Assembly: GCA_973895155.1 (NCBI GenBank)
Contig: OZ316891.1
Coordinates: 22,023,168 to 22,087,167, forward strand
Source of the DNA: Marsupella aquatica
Taxonomy: Eukaryota > Plantae > Marchantiophyta
Length of the DNA stretch: 64,000 nt
Direction of reading: 5' to 3'
Shown here: positions 1-11,792 of the stretch, piece after piece
Numbering within the stretch: position 1 is the first letter of the stretch
Layout of the letters: every line of letters starts with the position of its first letter
Program-made: the position numbers and the translations under genes
The notes under the pieces: model-generated
The model's database searches: none
Seen by the model: only the letters and a program-made list of their open reading frames with translations
Told to the model about the DNA's origin: nothing

Positions 1-1343
1 AGAATGCTAGTCTTGGAAGGTCTAGATCCTTTGGGTGACTTACCAAGGTGTTTGGTTGTTTATGCAGACAGTGAGAATTGTTGAGCGACGGTCGTGTCAG
101 GAAGCAAGTGCGACTTTGTATGGGAGTGACTGATGGGGGTGTAAGAGACACCAAGTTGCTTGCTCAAGGAAGTTCATGGAGGCATTCGGGCATCAAGAGC
201 ACTTAGGCGTGGGTGCTAGGATTGGTGAGGGCGCTAGGTCCACCACTTCTTTGCTCCCATTCCTTTTCAGTTTTGTCGGAAACCTTCACTTTTCAAGTTT
301 GTCCTATTGAGAGTTACGGTGTAGAGTCCCGTGTAGAGTTTTCAGTCCAAACACTAGCCCTCAAAAGTAGCTTTCCATTGCCCTTTATTAGTAAGATAGT
401 ATCATGTTAAAATCCTTGAAGCAAATCTCCATTTCAGTTCATACCAAAAGTTATTCCAAAACGTTAGGGGTGAAATATTCTCTCAAAACACTTTATTTAC
501 TTATATTTTAGGCTGGGTGTTTATTCCCCAAAAACTTTGTGCGTGATATGGGACCCCATTGGTCCAGGAGTGAGACCCCCAAGGTCCATACCTATGCACA
601 TGAGGGGCTCCCTTGTACCCAGACTCCTCATGCCATCTCACTACCAAGCATAGTCTAAATATCAAAATTGTCATTTACCAGAGAAACTTGGGGAGAAAGT
701 ACAGCCTCTGGCTTCTCTCCATAGAGTAATCATGTACTGCAGATTTCAGGTGCAAATTATAGTATAGATCGATGGTGAAGGTCATGACGACACATACTCA
801 ATGCCACTCTCTGAATTCCCTCTCTTGTCCCTTTTCTGTGCTCTAGAGGAACTCCTGGGCCCCCTCTCCCTCCTATTGGAGAGTCTATCTACTTTCCCCA
901 CACCCGGACTATGAAACTATGCAGCTACCCTACCCTTATACACAACTAGGTGTCATCACCTGATTTCTCTCCATCTGAAAAGTTCATTTAGTCAATAATC
1001 ACATTCATTTGGGAAATGTGAGTATTAGGGGAGGAAGGAGTGTAGAAAAATTCTACTTGCTTTGATAAATCTAGAACAGCTTTTAGATTTTCCTACCTCA
1101 CCCGGTCTTCATTTTCCTTGTACTCTAGGCTCTACTCATGAATAGGTGTTACTAATACTAATTCTTTGTAGTTTAATTATTTAGTGTTATTAAGTACAAT
1201 CAGGACCCCTAAACCAGGACCATAGGGAATGGTGCTAGTTGGAAGTTCTCTTCCATCACTCAGCAAAATGAATCATAGCTTCTGCACAAATTTCATACAG
1301 CCTTTGCTCAAATTTCACAGATCTACATCACCTCCATGTGTTG

Positions 1344-2335
1344 AGTGATCCCTAAGGGCCAGGTTCCATGGGCCAGGGGTAGGGAGTACGGTCACTCCCT
1401 CTGACATCCCCTAGGGCCCCCGGTTTGACCTTGCCCGTCAAACTGGCCAAAAATCGTCGGCAACCCGGCACCCGGGTTCGGGAGCAGTCCGGGCCGGGAC
1501 AAGTTCAGGAGACATTCGGGCCGGGTTCGGGCGAGGTTTGGGGGAGGTCGGGGGAGGTCGGGGGAGTTCGGGGGAGTTCAGGCGAGGGGGAGTTCGGGTT
1601 CGGGGGAGTCTGGGCCGGGTTCGGGGGAGTTTGGGCAAGGTTCGGGGGACCGGGAGTTCAGGGTAGGTCGGGGGAGTTCGGGGGAGGGTCGGGGGTGTTT
1701 CGGGGGAGTTCGGGGGAGGGTCGGGGGAGTTCGGGGGAGTTCGGGAAGGGTCCGGGTTCGGGTCCGGGGGAGTCCGGGACTCTAAACCCCGCCCTCCTTC
1801 CCCCAGCCCCGACCCCAGACCCGGCCCCGGCTGGCTGCCACCCCGAACCGGGGTCCGGGGGAGTCCGGGTTCGGGTCTGGGGGAGTCCGGGAAGGGTCCG
1901 GGTGAGTTCGGGAGGAGTCCGGGAAGGGTCCGGGGGAGTCCGAGTGAGTTCGGGAGAATATTGTGGAATATCCGTCAAATTGGTCATTTTCGAGCCGTCA
2001 TTTGACAGTTTGACGTGCCCGGCAAGCCGTCAACTTGCCCGTCAGGTTAAACCAGGCTAGGGCCCAAATACACTGTATGCCAAGGTGTATACAGTATTTT
2101 AAATGTATAAATTTTGACTCAGGAGCCAATGAGAATGGCCTGTACTGTTCTTATACAGGGGCAGGGGGTACCCCTGAATTTTAAGAGGGAGTGTGAGGGA
2201 AAATCATACTCCTTGATACAATATTTGTACACCCCTCAGTCCCTGAAAAAGCTGCAATCTTATTGGCTTAAAAATTCTGACAGCATCCGTACTCCTTACT
2301 CCCAGCCCCATGGAACCTAGCCCTAAGGGATCACT
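1344..2335. mobile_element. Non-autonomous TIR element with ~48-bp inverted repeats, interrupted by a hAT-type MITE
   Basis: agtgatccctaagggccaggttccatgggccaggggtagggagtacgg (1344-1391) versus ccgtactccttactcccagccccatggaacctagccctaagggatcact (2287-2335). No matching TSD seen. Confidence 0.6.
1419..2056. mobile_element. hAT-type MITE, 638 bp, with 8-bp TSD and G-rich internal repeats
   Basis: Ends CCCGGTTTGACCT and AGGTTAAACCAGG. Identical flanking CTAGGGCC at 1411-1418 and 2057-2064. Interior is built of GGGGGAGTTC/GGGTTCGGG-like repeats. An 8-bp TSD with a short TIR is the hAT signature. Confidence 0.85.
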
Positions 2336-5300
2336 GACCCTTCACACTTGGGGGCCTCACTACAAGGGAGGTCCCATATCACACCCAAAGTTTTCAAGTA
2401 ATATACACCCTAAAACCTAAAAATATTAAGATATTTACTATTTTACCCCTAACTTTATGGAATATTCTAGGAATATTCTCGCATTTTGTATAAATAACTA
2501 TATTTTTCTTATAATTCTCAAAATTAGATTAACACCCCTATATTTCTTCAAAAGAAAATTTTAAGTCTTCCGCACAATTGAATTAAGAAAACCCCTAACT
2601 TCTGCTCGTGATGAGTCAGAAGAAAATAGTGTGGACCCCAGGCCTTCACATCCTTAACAGATGCCTTTATCAACAATGGAGTAATCAAGTAGTCCACTGC
2701 TGTCAACATTGGCGTTGTCAACAAGTCCCCTGACGAGTCCACTGAAGCTCTAGTGCACCACTGAATGGTCCTGTAGTTGTCACTGAAGCAATTTTTACTT
2801 GCAACTTGAACCACAAGTGATTTGGGAAGCAAAGGTAATAGTCATACTTTAGACTTGGAGGCAAGCTCACCAACAGTAGTGTACTAACAATGGTAATTAG
2901 TGTTACTTTAGACTTGAAGTCAAGTTCACCAAAAATAGTGTGCTTTAAACACTAATCTGAACACTAATACGCAATGAATCCTGCTCATTCTTTTGATGGT
3001 CTGGCTGATGGTCTGTGATAGAATTCCACCCTGGCTAACCATTTGATTATGGTGACATTTTTTGTAACCATGTGATGGGCTTAAAGGTGCCAGTGCATAG
3101 GACAATGACAGTCTGGGCACAGGGTTACTAAGCTGTAACCCCATGACCAGAAAGTGAAAATAGTTAACAATTATGACATTCCAGGTATGAGAGTTTGGAA
3201 ATAACAGGGACATCCAAAAATAGTTACCCACGGGTAACCTTTATCTCGTGCCAAATTTACATGCACCTTTTCCATGCCTAACCCCTCCCAGAGCTGTCAG
3301 GCCACTTGTCAACTCCCCACAGCATCTGACTACCTGACCATCTAACTTATGCTTGATAAGACTTCCCCCTCAGCATCACTTACTATGGATAACACTATGT
3401 GCTGCCCTTCCTGTTATATTAGGTCTTCACCTTGTTTCCTCTGTCTTATTGGGCTAATGTTTCAAGTTTGGGCCTTTTTGTGCCTTTGTTGTTCTTTGAC
3501 ACTGAATACAATTAAACCACAACTACTTGGATAAGAGTTAACCTCTAGCTCTCATCATAGGTACCTCTCATTTACAAAGCACACGGTTCAATTTGGAATG
3601 GATTTGGGCTCCACTTCTTATGGTGATGTTCACCAAGGGCAAAAATTGGCAATGCAGAAGGGAATGGGGCCTTTTGATATGGGGCAGGTAACCAGCAGGC
3701 AATGGGGCCCTTTTATGTGGGGCAGGTGTAGGTTAGTGAAGCATCAATTATCATGATGCACACATCTTCCGATTTTGACAAGTGTTCAGAGAGGTCACAC
3801 CATACGAGACGTGAGTCCCGATGAACTGCTCTGTAACAAGCAATCTGAGCCCCAAATCTGTCACGAATCCGAAGCGAGTGTGTATCGAGGATAGTACAGG
3901 ACGGTACAAAATGTTCTTGATTTCTCGATTTCTGTATGACGTTCGTTCACACACGCCCGTTTGATTGCGTTTCTATTACAAACACGATATGACGGTGTCT
4001 TCTTGTTGTTCGGTACGGTCGGTGTCAAAATGCATACAGTTCGCGACGATTAATGGTACGGACTAACTGAGTGCCTCTCTTCTCAGATTTTTCGCGAGGC
4101 CGTCAGGTCGTGTCACGCTTTGAATGATCAGTACAGTACTGCACTAGAGCGAATGAAATTTTTGAATCTCATTATGATTTCTTAGGAAACTGGTAACTCA
4201 CATTCTCGTCGGCGGTTCTTGACAATCAGACATTCAGAAGTTCTGTTAGTTGCACTGCTTACGCTAGTTGCACTGCTTACGCCAATCATAATTCTATCTG
4301 CTTGTCTTCTTGCCTTGTCGATTCGGGCCAACTCTGCGCATTCTTCTCGAAAGTGTGTCGATAGTCTAAGGGTTATCATTTCTCAGTTTCAGCACTTCCT
4401 GGAAACATTCAACACGTTGCTCTTTACCGACTATTGGTAAGGTGTCAAGGGGTTTAGCAGTAGTAGTGGTTCACAGTGGTACAGATTAGAGATTGCAGAA
4501 GCGAAAAAGCTCGTCCGCGATTCAAAGTGCCTCCGGCCAACGGTTGAATGATCCAGACGGGTGGGGTGTGTGACTGGGACCGCGAAGAACTTCATCGGTA
4601 TTCAATGCCCGAATCCGTGACGATCTTGAATCTCATTTTGAGTATTTCTCTGACCCTACACGAGCTCTGTGCGAGGGACGTAGCGCGTTCTTCTATGCCA
4701 GCGAAGTCGTTGCCGCTACCTTGTAATGAATAGAGTCTCGGACACTGTTCGGTCGATCTTCTACGTGCTGTACGACTACAAATCTATGCTTGACTCTCCA
4801 ATGCAACCGACGGTATGAAAACTCTGTGCCTGGTATTAATGAGTCTGTTCTAAGTTCATGTCAAGTTGGTTCTGTGGTTGGACTTGCCAGAATCATTGTT
4901 CGGGTCCAAAGATTTCTGTGTGGAGGAGAGACCTTTCTCGCAGACTCGTACATAGTTGTCGGCTCTTTTGAACAATAACATCAATTCGTGTCGGTCTGGT
5001 GGGACACTTCAATTTCGATTGTCGAATATACATCCGGGAAATGTCCTCGATGCCCTTCAATTCGGACCGTCAAGCGGTGTGATAAATTAACTCACGCCTT
5101 CCTGGACCAAAAGTAAAGCAATGGAACTTCTTCCTTCTTGTGTTCAACTTGTGGAATCGAGATTGCGATCGACAGGGCGACGCTGTCAATTTTGTACTCC
5201 TTACTCCGGAAACGAGTCACCGATCATTAGCTAAGACTTTGTGAATTAATTTTCATTGTTCGAGAAGAGCTTACGCAGTTTTAAAATGCCATGCTTGTTG

Positions 5301-6866
5301 ACTGCTTTTGAAAGGTTCTGGTGTTTCTTTTCCGTTTCTGTTTCGGGGGGGGGGGGGGACGGATTTCTTCTGTCCCTCCTTTTCTCTGCGCGGAACCTGT
5401 GCCAGTTGAATGAAAATCCCCTTTCACGCTTTGAGAATCTCACTGACAGCACAATAATGGTACAGACGTCAAATTGTTTATTGGTTGCCTTCCTTTTGTA
5501 CTTGCAAGATTTTATTGAATCGAATGCTATCAGCTTGAATTGTTGTAACCAAAACCAATCCTAGATTGAGAATCGCAATCTTGCATCCAGATATTTGAGT
5601 CTTTGGTTTCTAGCATCCCGTAAACGTCCATCCAAAAATCACAGTAATTGGTCTCTAAAGGGAGAGGCATCGAGTTTTCGCATGGATTTCTCAATGTAAT
5701 TGTCGTGTACTGAACTTCTAAACTTGTGTGGGAGTATGTGAGAAGACGTCGGTACCTTCCGCAACACAGACTTCACCTGGAATTGAGGAAAATGCCGATG
5801 GAGCAGGAACGGGTAGAAGTCTTGGAGGGTATGAGCAGGAGACTATACAGATCCAGAGCAGCAAAAATCAGATGCTTCAAGCCAAGAGGACCAGTGCCAG
5901 TTGTGCTGCTGCCGCCGCTCGACGTCGGCCCTTCGAAACACCAACGTGGAAGCATTTTGCGGGAGGTACAACTAAACTTTGAAAGATCATATAATTACTT
6001 TGCTACATTTCTCGATCGATAGCACTTTCAAATAGTAGTTCGAGATGAATAGCTGACTATATCCTTAAAGTTGATTCAGTTCTCTAGATGATTTTATAAT
6101 GACTGAACATTAGACTCGATTTGCATCGGCTTTGCAGATTGGCGCTGAGCATGAGCAAACCTTGGCCCGGATCGAGCTCGAGTCAATTATTCGCATTCTT
6201 CAATGCACCGTTAGCATTTTGTAAAGGCTTAGGCTTAGACAGTGGCCTTTGTTGCTATTAATCTTAAACTATCCTACAGTAACGTCAACGAAGAAGGGTG
6301 GTAAGTGCACTGAAGGACTGCTCTTGTTAAACGTCTTATTTACTAACAACTTAGCTTGATCTCTGCTTCGAAACAATCAAACATGATTCATTTGCTAATA
6401 TAAGGCAATTGAACGTGATGGCCGACCAAAGTTAATCTAATATTATTTTTGAAGAGTTTAGCTGCAGTAAATTGGCGCATCACACTTGATTGAACTCTCT
6501 GCACTGAATGACATTTTTGCATGCGATTGAATTCGACACGACTTTTGGTTACGAAGCATTTACTTTTGAACCATTTGATTGAAAATTCTGCACTTGCTGG
6601 TCAGAACGTCTGCACACAGCAGTTGATTGAAACTTCTGCCCCATCTGTGTCAGCTATGACCATTGTGCTCGAACAATGCCACTTGTGCCAGAGGACACTC
6701 TTGGGTGGTTACAGAAACCTCTGTACGATATCCATGCACATTCATAGAGTCGCCTTGACACCTTATTTTTCAATCTCTTCCCTTCATCATGTAGATAACA
6801 ATGCACTAGCACAGTAACAATACTTAGAAAGGCACAGAGCCGACATGGACTGCACTAGCACAATAG

Positions 6867-7601
6867 CTAAAAAGGGTCATGAGGTTCCACTAATTCCACC
6901 ATTTCTCTTGGGTGTGTCACTACATAGTTTGCATGCATATCCAAGTCATGCCAATATTCCAAAATCTTTTGAATTTGAATCAATGGTTTGAGGAAGTACA
7001 TGACTCCTCCACATTCCAAATCCACACCAAATCTGTTCGTTGAAATCCACAATCTTACAAACGTCTTCTCAGATGGATGTGCAACTCTCAACACTGTTCG
7101 CCCAATGAGATGCCGGGGCAAAGATTTGCACGCTCGCAACAATTGCAAGGGTTGTCCAGTCAATGTTATATTGCATCCATGGGTCTCCCCTCCCAAAAAG
7201 TAGCCTGCACCTCGGCCAGCTACGATGTCCAGCTCGGGGAATGCAAGCTGCAAGGCTTTGTATATAACTGGACAAATAAGGATTCCACACACTACCCTCA
7301 GATTGAATTCTTCTTTTCCACTAGGCCTCAAGGTGAGGGAATTTATGTGCTTGTAGAACTGGTAATTTTTTAGAGGCATATCTCTCTGCAAATTGACGAA
7401 GTTGAAGAAGTATATTTTCCATGCTTTTTCTCGGTTTTTGGTTTTTTCTATTGCTGGCCATTGTCCCAGCCACTGCATCTTTGAAAATGGCTTCCCAGCT
7501 TTTTGATCTGACAGCTTCGTTTTAAATGTAAGGTAGTCTTCCTGCTCCAAATTCTGCTCAAATAGTCTAGTGCCCTCTCTTGGGTCTTTCAAAATGAGCA
7601 C
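6867..7601 (-). CDS. Terminal coding exon, 244 aa, unknown function; possibly the last exon of the upstream BTB-like gene
   Basis: 735-nt open frame directly preceded on the - strand by a canonical acceptor (tgtttgtgtttgttgtag|GTG) in phase 0. No recognisable domain; the donor is not certain. Confidence 0.6.
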   Translation of the reverse strand: MLILKDPREGTRLFEQNLEQEDYLTFKTKLSDQKAGKPFSKMQWLGQWPAIEKTKNREKAWKIYFFNFVNLQRDMPLKNYQFYKHINSLTLRPSGKEEFNLRVVCGILICPVIYKALQLAFPELDIVAGRGAGYFLGGETHGCNITLTGQPLQLLRACKSLPRHLIGRTVLRVAHPSEKTFVRLWISTNRFGVDLECGGVMYFLKPLIQIQKILEYWHDLDMHANYVVTHPREMVELVEPHDPF

Positions 7602-7975
7602 CTACAACAAACACAAACACCCCAAAACAAAGTTAATTATAGTTTTTGTATTTTGGTCAAAAATCTCCAAATTTTCACACTCAGTGCTATCTGTCATGTC
7701 TCAAATGCACTCAAATGCACTCTGACTCTACATGAAACAATGATAACATTTTACTGCTGGCTCTACCCTGAAAATTGAAACTCTGCAGTAAGGATATTCC
7801 TGCTTATCTTCACTTCTCCCGTATGGTTTACATCATTTTAAGGCAGAGCTTGCAACTGACACGGAAAAAAGCTCACTATGAATCCAAAATTCTAAACGGA
7901 AGGCATTTCCTCTCCATAATTAAATGTAAATCTCTAAGAATTAAAATCTGGCTCAATTTAACATTCATTAAAAAA

Positions 7976-10579
7976 CTATGCAACGTGTTGGAGCCAGATC
8001 TTCAGCAAGGAAAACCAAGTATGATAATGAAGATAGTAATTCTCTACCATTTGTCCCTCAATTGTATGAAGGCCTTGTGTCACAAATGGAATATTTCTGA
8101 AAGCAATGTGACCTGTTTCCAATAGAAGATAATATGGTTTTCTATCGAGTGGTCCATCCAACTCAAAAGCCTCACATAATTTCTTTAGGTCTACAAAATC
8201 TTCATTTTTGTTCACATAGTTCTCAAAATCAGCAGATGTTGTGAGTTGGTCTGCCAGGTCTAGTAGTGATCTTCTGTTCTCATCGTTAACCATAGCCAAC
8301 TTAAAATATTGAATGATGGGCTTAAGTCTAATGGCATCAGTTAAACTAGAGAGAAGAAGCTCATTGGCAGCTCTGTAGACATCAGGAAGCTCAACACAGC
8401 TTGCATGAAGGGCTTCAGTATATATGAACTCCATAAGGGCACAAAGTGTGTCAAATGTCCAATGCATCTTCTCTATCAAAAACTCAATATCCTTGGGTAA
8501 TGGTGGGGGCTCTATGTCTGACGATGAAGAAGAAGATGTCTCATATATATCTTTACCCTCTTCTTCATAAAATCTCATCACCTCGTCCTTGTCTTCATTG
8601 CGTGTGTGACTCAAAGTTGGAAGTTCTTTCACAAGGGAACTCCGCAATGATCTTCTTGCTTCCGGCTTCGTCCCAGGCTTAAATTGAACTGACTTTCTTG
8701 CTATGCCAAATTGTCCTTGCAAACGAGAAGCATCGCTCTCGCGTCGAGCTTTACTGTCCCTCCTTCTTTCCAGCATGATTATAGACTCACGAGAAGGCAG
8801 ACCAAATGATAGCTCTTCTGGCCTTTTGTTCTCAAGTGTTGAATAACGTTTTCGCCTTTCAAATGCCGCCAGAGCAGCTTTGCTCGATCTCCTTCGCAAA
8901 GTAATCTCTTCCTCCTCATTTGTTTGTTCCTCAACTTTTGCCAGTTCTACCAGCGCTTTACTTTGTCTCCTCTCCAAAAAGCTCGGGCTTATTCTTTTAT
9001 CTTGATGGGTCACTAATGGGCCACTATTTAGTCTATCTGAAGGTGCAATGCTCGACCTTCTTCTCTGGTTCTCTACATATGTTTGACTCTTCCTTCTCTC
9101 AAAGCTTGTTCTTGGTACTTTTGCACTAACTGCGTTGCCGGATTTGCCTTCCAGGTCCTCTAGCTTTACTTTATCAAGCAAGATCTTGCTCGCTCTTCTC
9201 TCCACAATGCCATGACCAATACTGTTGAGAATGCTCAGCATTTCTTTACTACCCCTTCCTACCATACCTAAGAACTCACTTTCCAAAGACTTTCCATCTA
9301 TTTCAGTTTTTGCATCATTGGCTTCTCGGAGTGGCTTCAGGTCGGGGTACTTGAATTTGTTTACTGAAGCAGCAAATTGCTCAAACGATTGTTTGAGGTC
9401 TGTGGGAAGATGATCCCATCCTGGGAGCTGAACAAGGTCTAAACTAGCATCTAAAAACTGATTAACAAGTGAAGGTTTTAAGGAGTCTTGAAGATTACCA
9501 ATCACATTTTCCAGCCCCAAGTCCATCCTTTTAGTTTGAGAGTCTTGTGCCCAACTCACCCGCCTCTGACCTTTTTTTGTTTCAGTCAATTTTTTAGTAT
9601 CCATCCCTTGCATTTGCAATTCTTGGATATAGCTGGCTCTCTTTTGATCTGGGAATTTTTCTGCACCACTCTGAGGCTTGTCAACGTGACCATGCTCCAA
9701 CAGGTCTTCATTGGAGTCATAAGGTTGTGCTCTGAAGTCCTCTTCACCAAGCATTATGTTCCCTTCCCTTTGACCATTGCCTAAACTATCAGTGGAATTA
9801 TCCCAAATGTTTTGTGGTTCATCTTCCAACACTTTTGCCGATGTGTCTTGCTTGAACTGATACTGACTTTTAGCTTGTGAGTACTTATCTTCACGCTCCT
9901 TTTTAGTGTCACTCAGCAGGTTTGAGTAAATAGAGGTGCGGTGAGGGGCATATGCGTCTTCTTTTGTCCAAGATATTTGCATTCTTGTCTCTTCTTCTTC
10001 TTCAAAATTTGAGGGAGTGGGGACCATTGGTGGTCTATACCCTATCAACTCATTAAAGGCATCATTTGTCCTCTTGAGCACTTGGGAGTGAGCTCGAATC
10101 AAGACTCTCTCACCACTAGTTTTGGACCTCCTTACTATAATTAAGGTGTCAGCAGGGCCCTCCACAGGCTCTGGAGGCTGGAATGCCATGTAGAGGTATG
10201 CAAGTCTTCTTTCAAGGATATCTGTGATCAACTCTTCCTGTTCCTCTTCATAGTCTAGCGTATCCGTTGAACCATCTTGGCCATCACCATAATCATCTTG
10301 CCCTTCAGGGAAATTTTGCATACCTGTTGAGCCTGAGTCTTCTGTTGCTGGAGTCTCTCTATTAGCAAGGAAAAACTTGATGGGTTGGACAAGTCCTTGA
10401 TCAGCCTTTGGAAGAGGAATGGCTGCATGTTGCCCAGCTTGGGCACCTAGTGCATGGAAATTGGAATCTTGACCAAGCATCTCAGCCATTTGGATTGCAG
10501 CTTTATGCGATGCTTCCATGATCTCCCTTCTCTCCAAGGGATTTTGTTGGTATGGATCTCCATCCCCAAACTTTGCCAT
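7976..10579 (-). CDS. 867-aa protein with an apparently split BTB/POZ domain followed by a BACK-like helix region
   Basis: aa ~142-180 PADTLIIV..VLIRAHSQVLKRTNDAFNELI resembles the BTB N-half. aa ~697-750 DIEFLIEK..FDTLCALMEFIYTEAL..LPDVYRAANELLLSSLTDAI resembles the BTB C-half, followed by VNDENRRSLLDLADQL. 2.6-kb uninterrupted ORF starting at ATG. Confidence 0.75.
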   Translation of the reverse strand: MAKFGDGDPYQQNPLERREIMEASHKAAIQMAEMLGQDSNFHALGAQAGQHAAIPLPKADQGLVQPIKFFLANRETPATEDSGSTGMQNFPEGQDDYGDGQDGSTDTLDYEEEQEELITDILERRLAYLYMAFQPPEPVEGPADTLIIVRRSKTSGERVLIRAHSQVLKRTNDAFNELIGYRPPMVPTPSNFEEEEETRMQISWTKEDAYAPHRTSIYSNLLSDTKKEREDKYSQAKSQYQFKQDTSAKVLEDEPQNIWDNSTDSLGNGQREGNIMLGEEDFRAQPYDSNEDLLEHGHVDKPQSGAEKFPDQKRASYIQELQMQGMDTKKLTETKKGQRRVSWAQDSQTKRMDLGLENVIGNLQDSLKPSLVNQFLDASLDLVQLPGWDHLPTDLKQSFEQFAASVNKFKYPDLKPLREANDAKTEIDGKSLESEFLGMVGRGSKEMLSILNSIGHGIVERRASKILLDKVKLEDLEGKSGNAVSAKVPRTSFERRKSQTYVENQRRRSSIAPSDRLNSGPLVTHQDKRISPSFLERRQSKALVELAKVEEQTNEEEEITLRRRSSKAALAAFERRKRYSTLENKRPEELSFGLPSRESIIMLERRRDSKARRESDASRLQGQFGIARKSVQFKPGTKPEARRSLRSSLVKELPTLSHTRNEDKDEVMRFYEEEGKDIYETSSSSSSDIEPPPLPKDIEFLIEKMHWTFDTLCALMEFIYTEALHASCVELPDVYRAANELLLSSLTDAIRLKPIIQYFKLAMVNDENRRSLLDLADQLTTSADFENYVNKNEDFVDLKKLCEAFELDGPLDRKPYYLLLETGHIAFRNIPFVTQGLHTIEGQMVENYYLHYHTWFSLLKIWLQHVA

Positions 10580-11588
10580 GATTGCAGACTTGTATGTTAT
10601 CTAGAAGATTATTGCAATGGAGTCTAAGTTGTTAAGTGGCATCACAAACACCTGTGGTCTGGGGATACTCTGCATAACATTTCAAACATTTCAATATCAA
10701 GGAGGACCCTTGGACAACTTGGGTTTGACAATTATTTAGCAAAATGAACTCAGCGTAACTTTATAGCTACCTGACAGTTTCAATTTACAGTTCAGAATAA
10801 TATTTTCCTTCATTAGAAGCAATATAATATTTTCATTGAAGCTAGTAATGAAAAAAGAGAAGATTTGATAGTTACTTTCAATGCATCACAAGGCCCTGGA
10901 CAAAAGCTCTCTATTGAGCTCTCTATTAAAGGGAAACCAAGGAAGAACAACAAAATAAATTAAGGTAAACTCTTAAGTTAACCTTTTCCTTCATACATAA
11001 ATAGTCTAATTCTCCCTTGCAAAGTATGGATATGGAAGGTGTACAAAGACATTTAGCTTAGGAGGCAAAACATTGATTTCTATTTAAGGCACTTCAAACT
11101 ATGAACGGATCTCTTACCGCTTATTTCTTCCACATCTGAAGATATTTTGTCTTGTGAGCCATTTGCACCTCTTCTGGCTCCGTCATTTGTAAACATGTCA
11201 ACATGTAGAAAAGAGGGAAAAGGTAGGCAGGGGGGGGGAGTGCAACATGAAAAATCAAAACTCTTAAATTGATCAATTTAGGATAGTGGCCATTGATTCA
11301 CTTATAACTTCACACTCATAAACAACATCCCATTTAACAGTTATGCCTTTTTTTCATGTTTTCGATGAAACAAACAAATTCTGATACTCTTGAAATCAAG
11401 CAAAATTGAACAACAATGCATCATGTCAACTCTAAATTAAGGGAGGCATATTGAGTTTCTTTCCAGTACTTAAGATTCTTCTGCTGGAGCATCATCATAT
11501 ATAGACAGAGATGCTCTTACTAACCTGACCACCATAATCATTGTGTACTAATTAAAGAATTACTTTTGAAGTATTGTATATTATTTAT

Positions 11589-11792
11589 AGCTTTCAAGTA
11601 CATTGCCACTAAAGATGTTTGAATTTTATAATAGTCACTTGTATTTAGAAATATGCCACAATTTTTGTATATGGTTACCTTAGTGAACTTGTCACCCATA
11701 TACAATTTAACCGTGACATTTTTATAAATACAAAAACAACCATGGCAATATTCTCAATTAGAATATCTTTAGTGGCAAAGTACTTAAAAGCT
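11589..11792. mobile_element. AT-rich foldback MITE, ~200 bp
   Basis: agctttcaagtacattgccactaaagatgtt versus aatatctttagtggcaaagtacttaaaagct. Inner pairing tgtatttagaaatatgccac / gtgacatttttataaataca and tgtatatgg / ccatataca. Confidence 0.65.

Larger units (their letters stand above)
453..2463. mobile_element. Degenerate outer TIR element with ~120-130-bp imperfect inverted arms, hosting two nested insertions
   Basis: 453-583 (attccaaaacgttaggggtgaaata...aaaactttgtgcgtgatatgggacc...gagacccccaag) is the imperfect reverse complement of 2347-2463 (cttgggggcctcac...ggtcccatatcacacccaaagtttt...ttttacccctaactttatggaat). TSD not resolved. Confidence 0.55.

Noticed and set aside
1425-2060. Gly- or Pro-rich ORFs of 211, 109 and 66 aa
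   Set aside because: Artefacts of the G-rich MITE interior; the same applies to ORFs at 35840-36678.
3750-6020. Short ORFs and a possible exon at ~5730-5965
   Set aside because: No recognisable domain and no consistent exon chain could be built.
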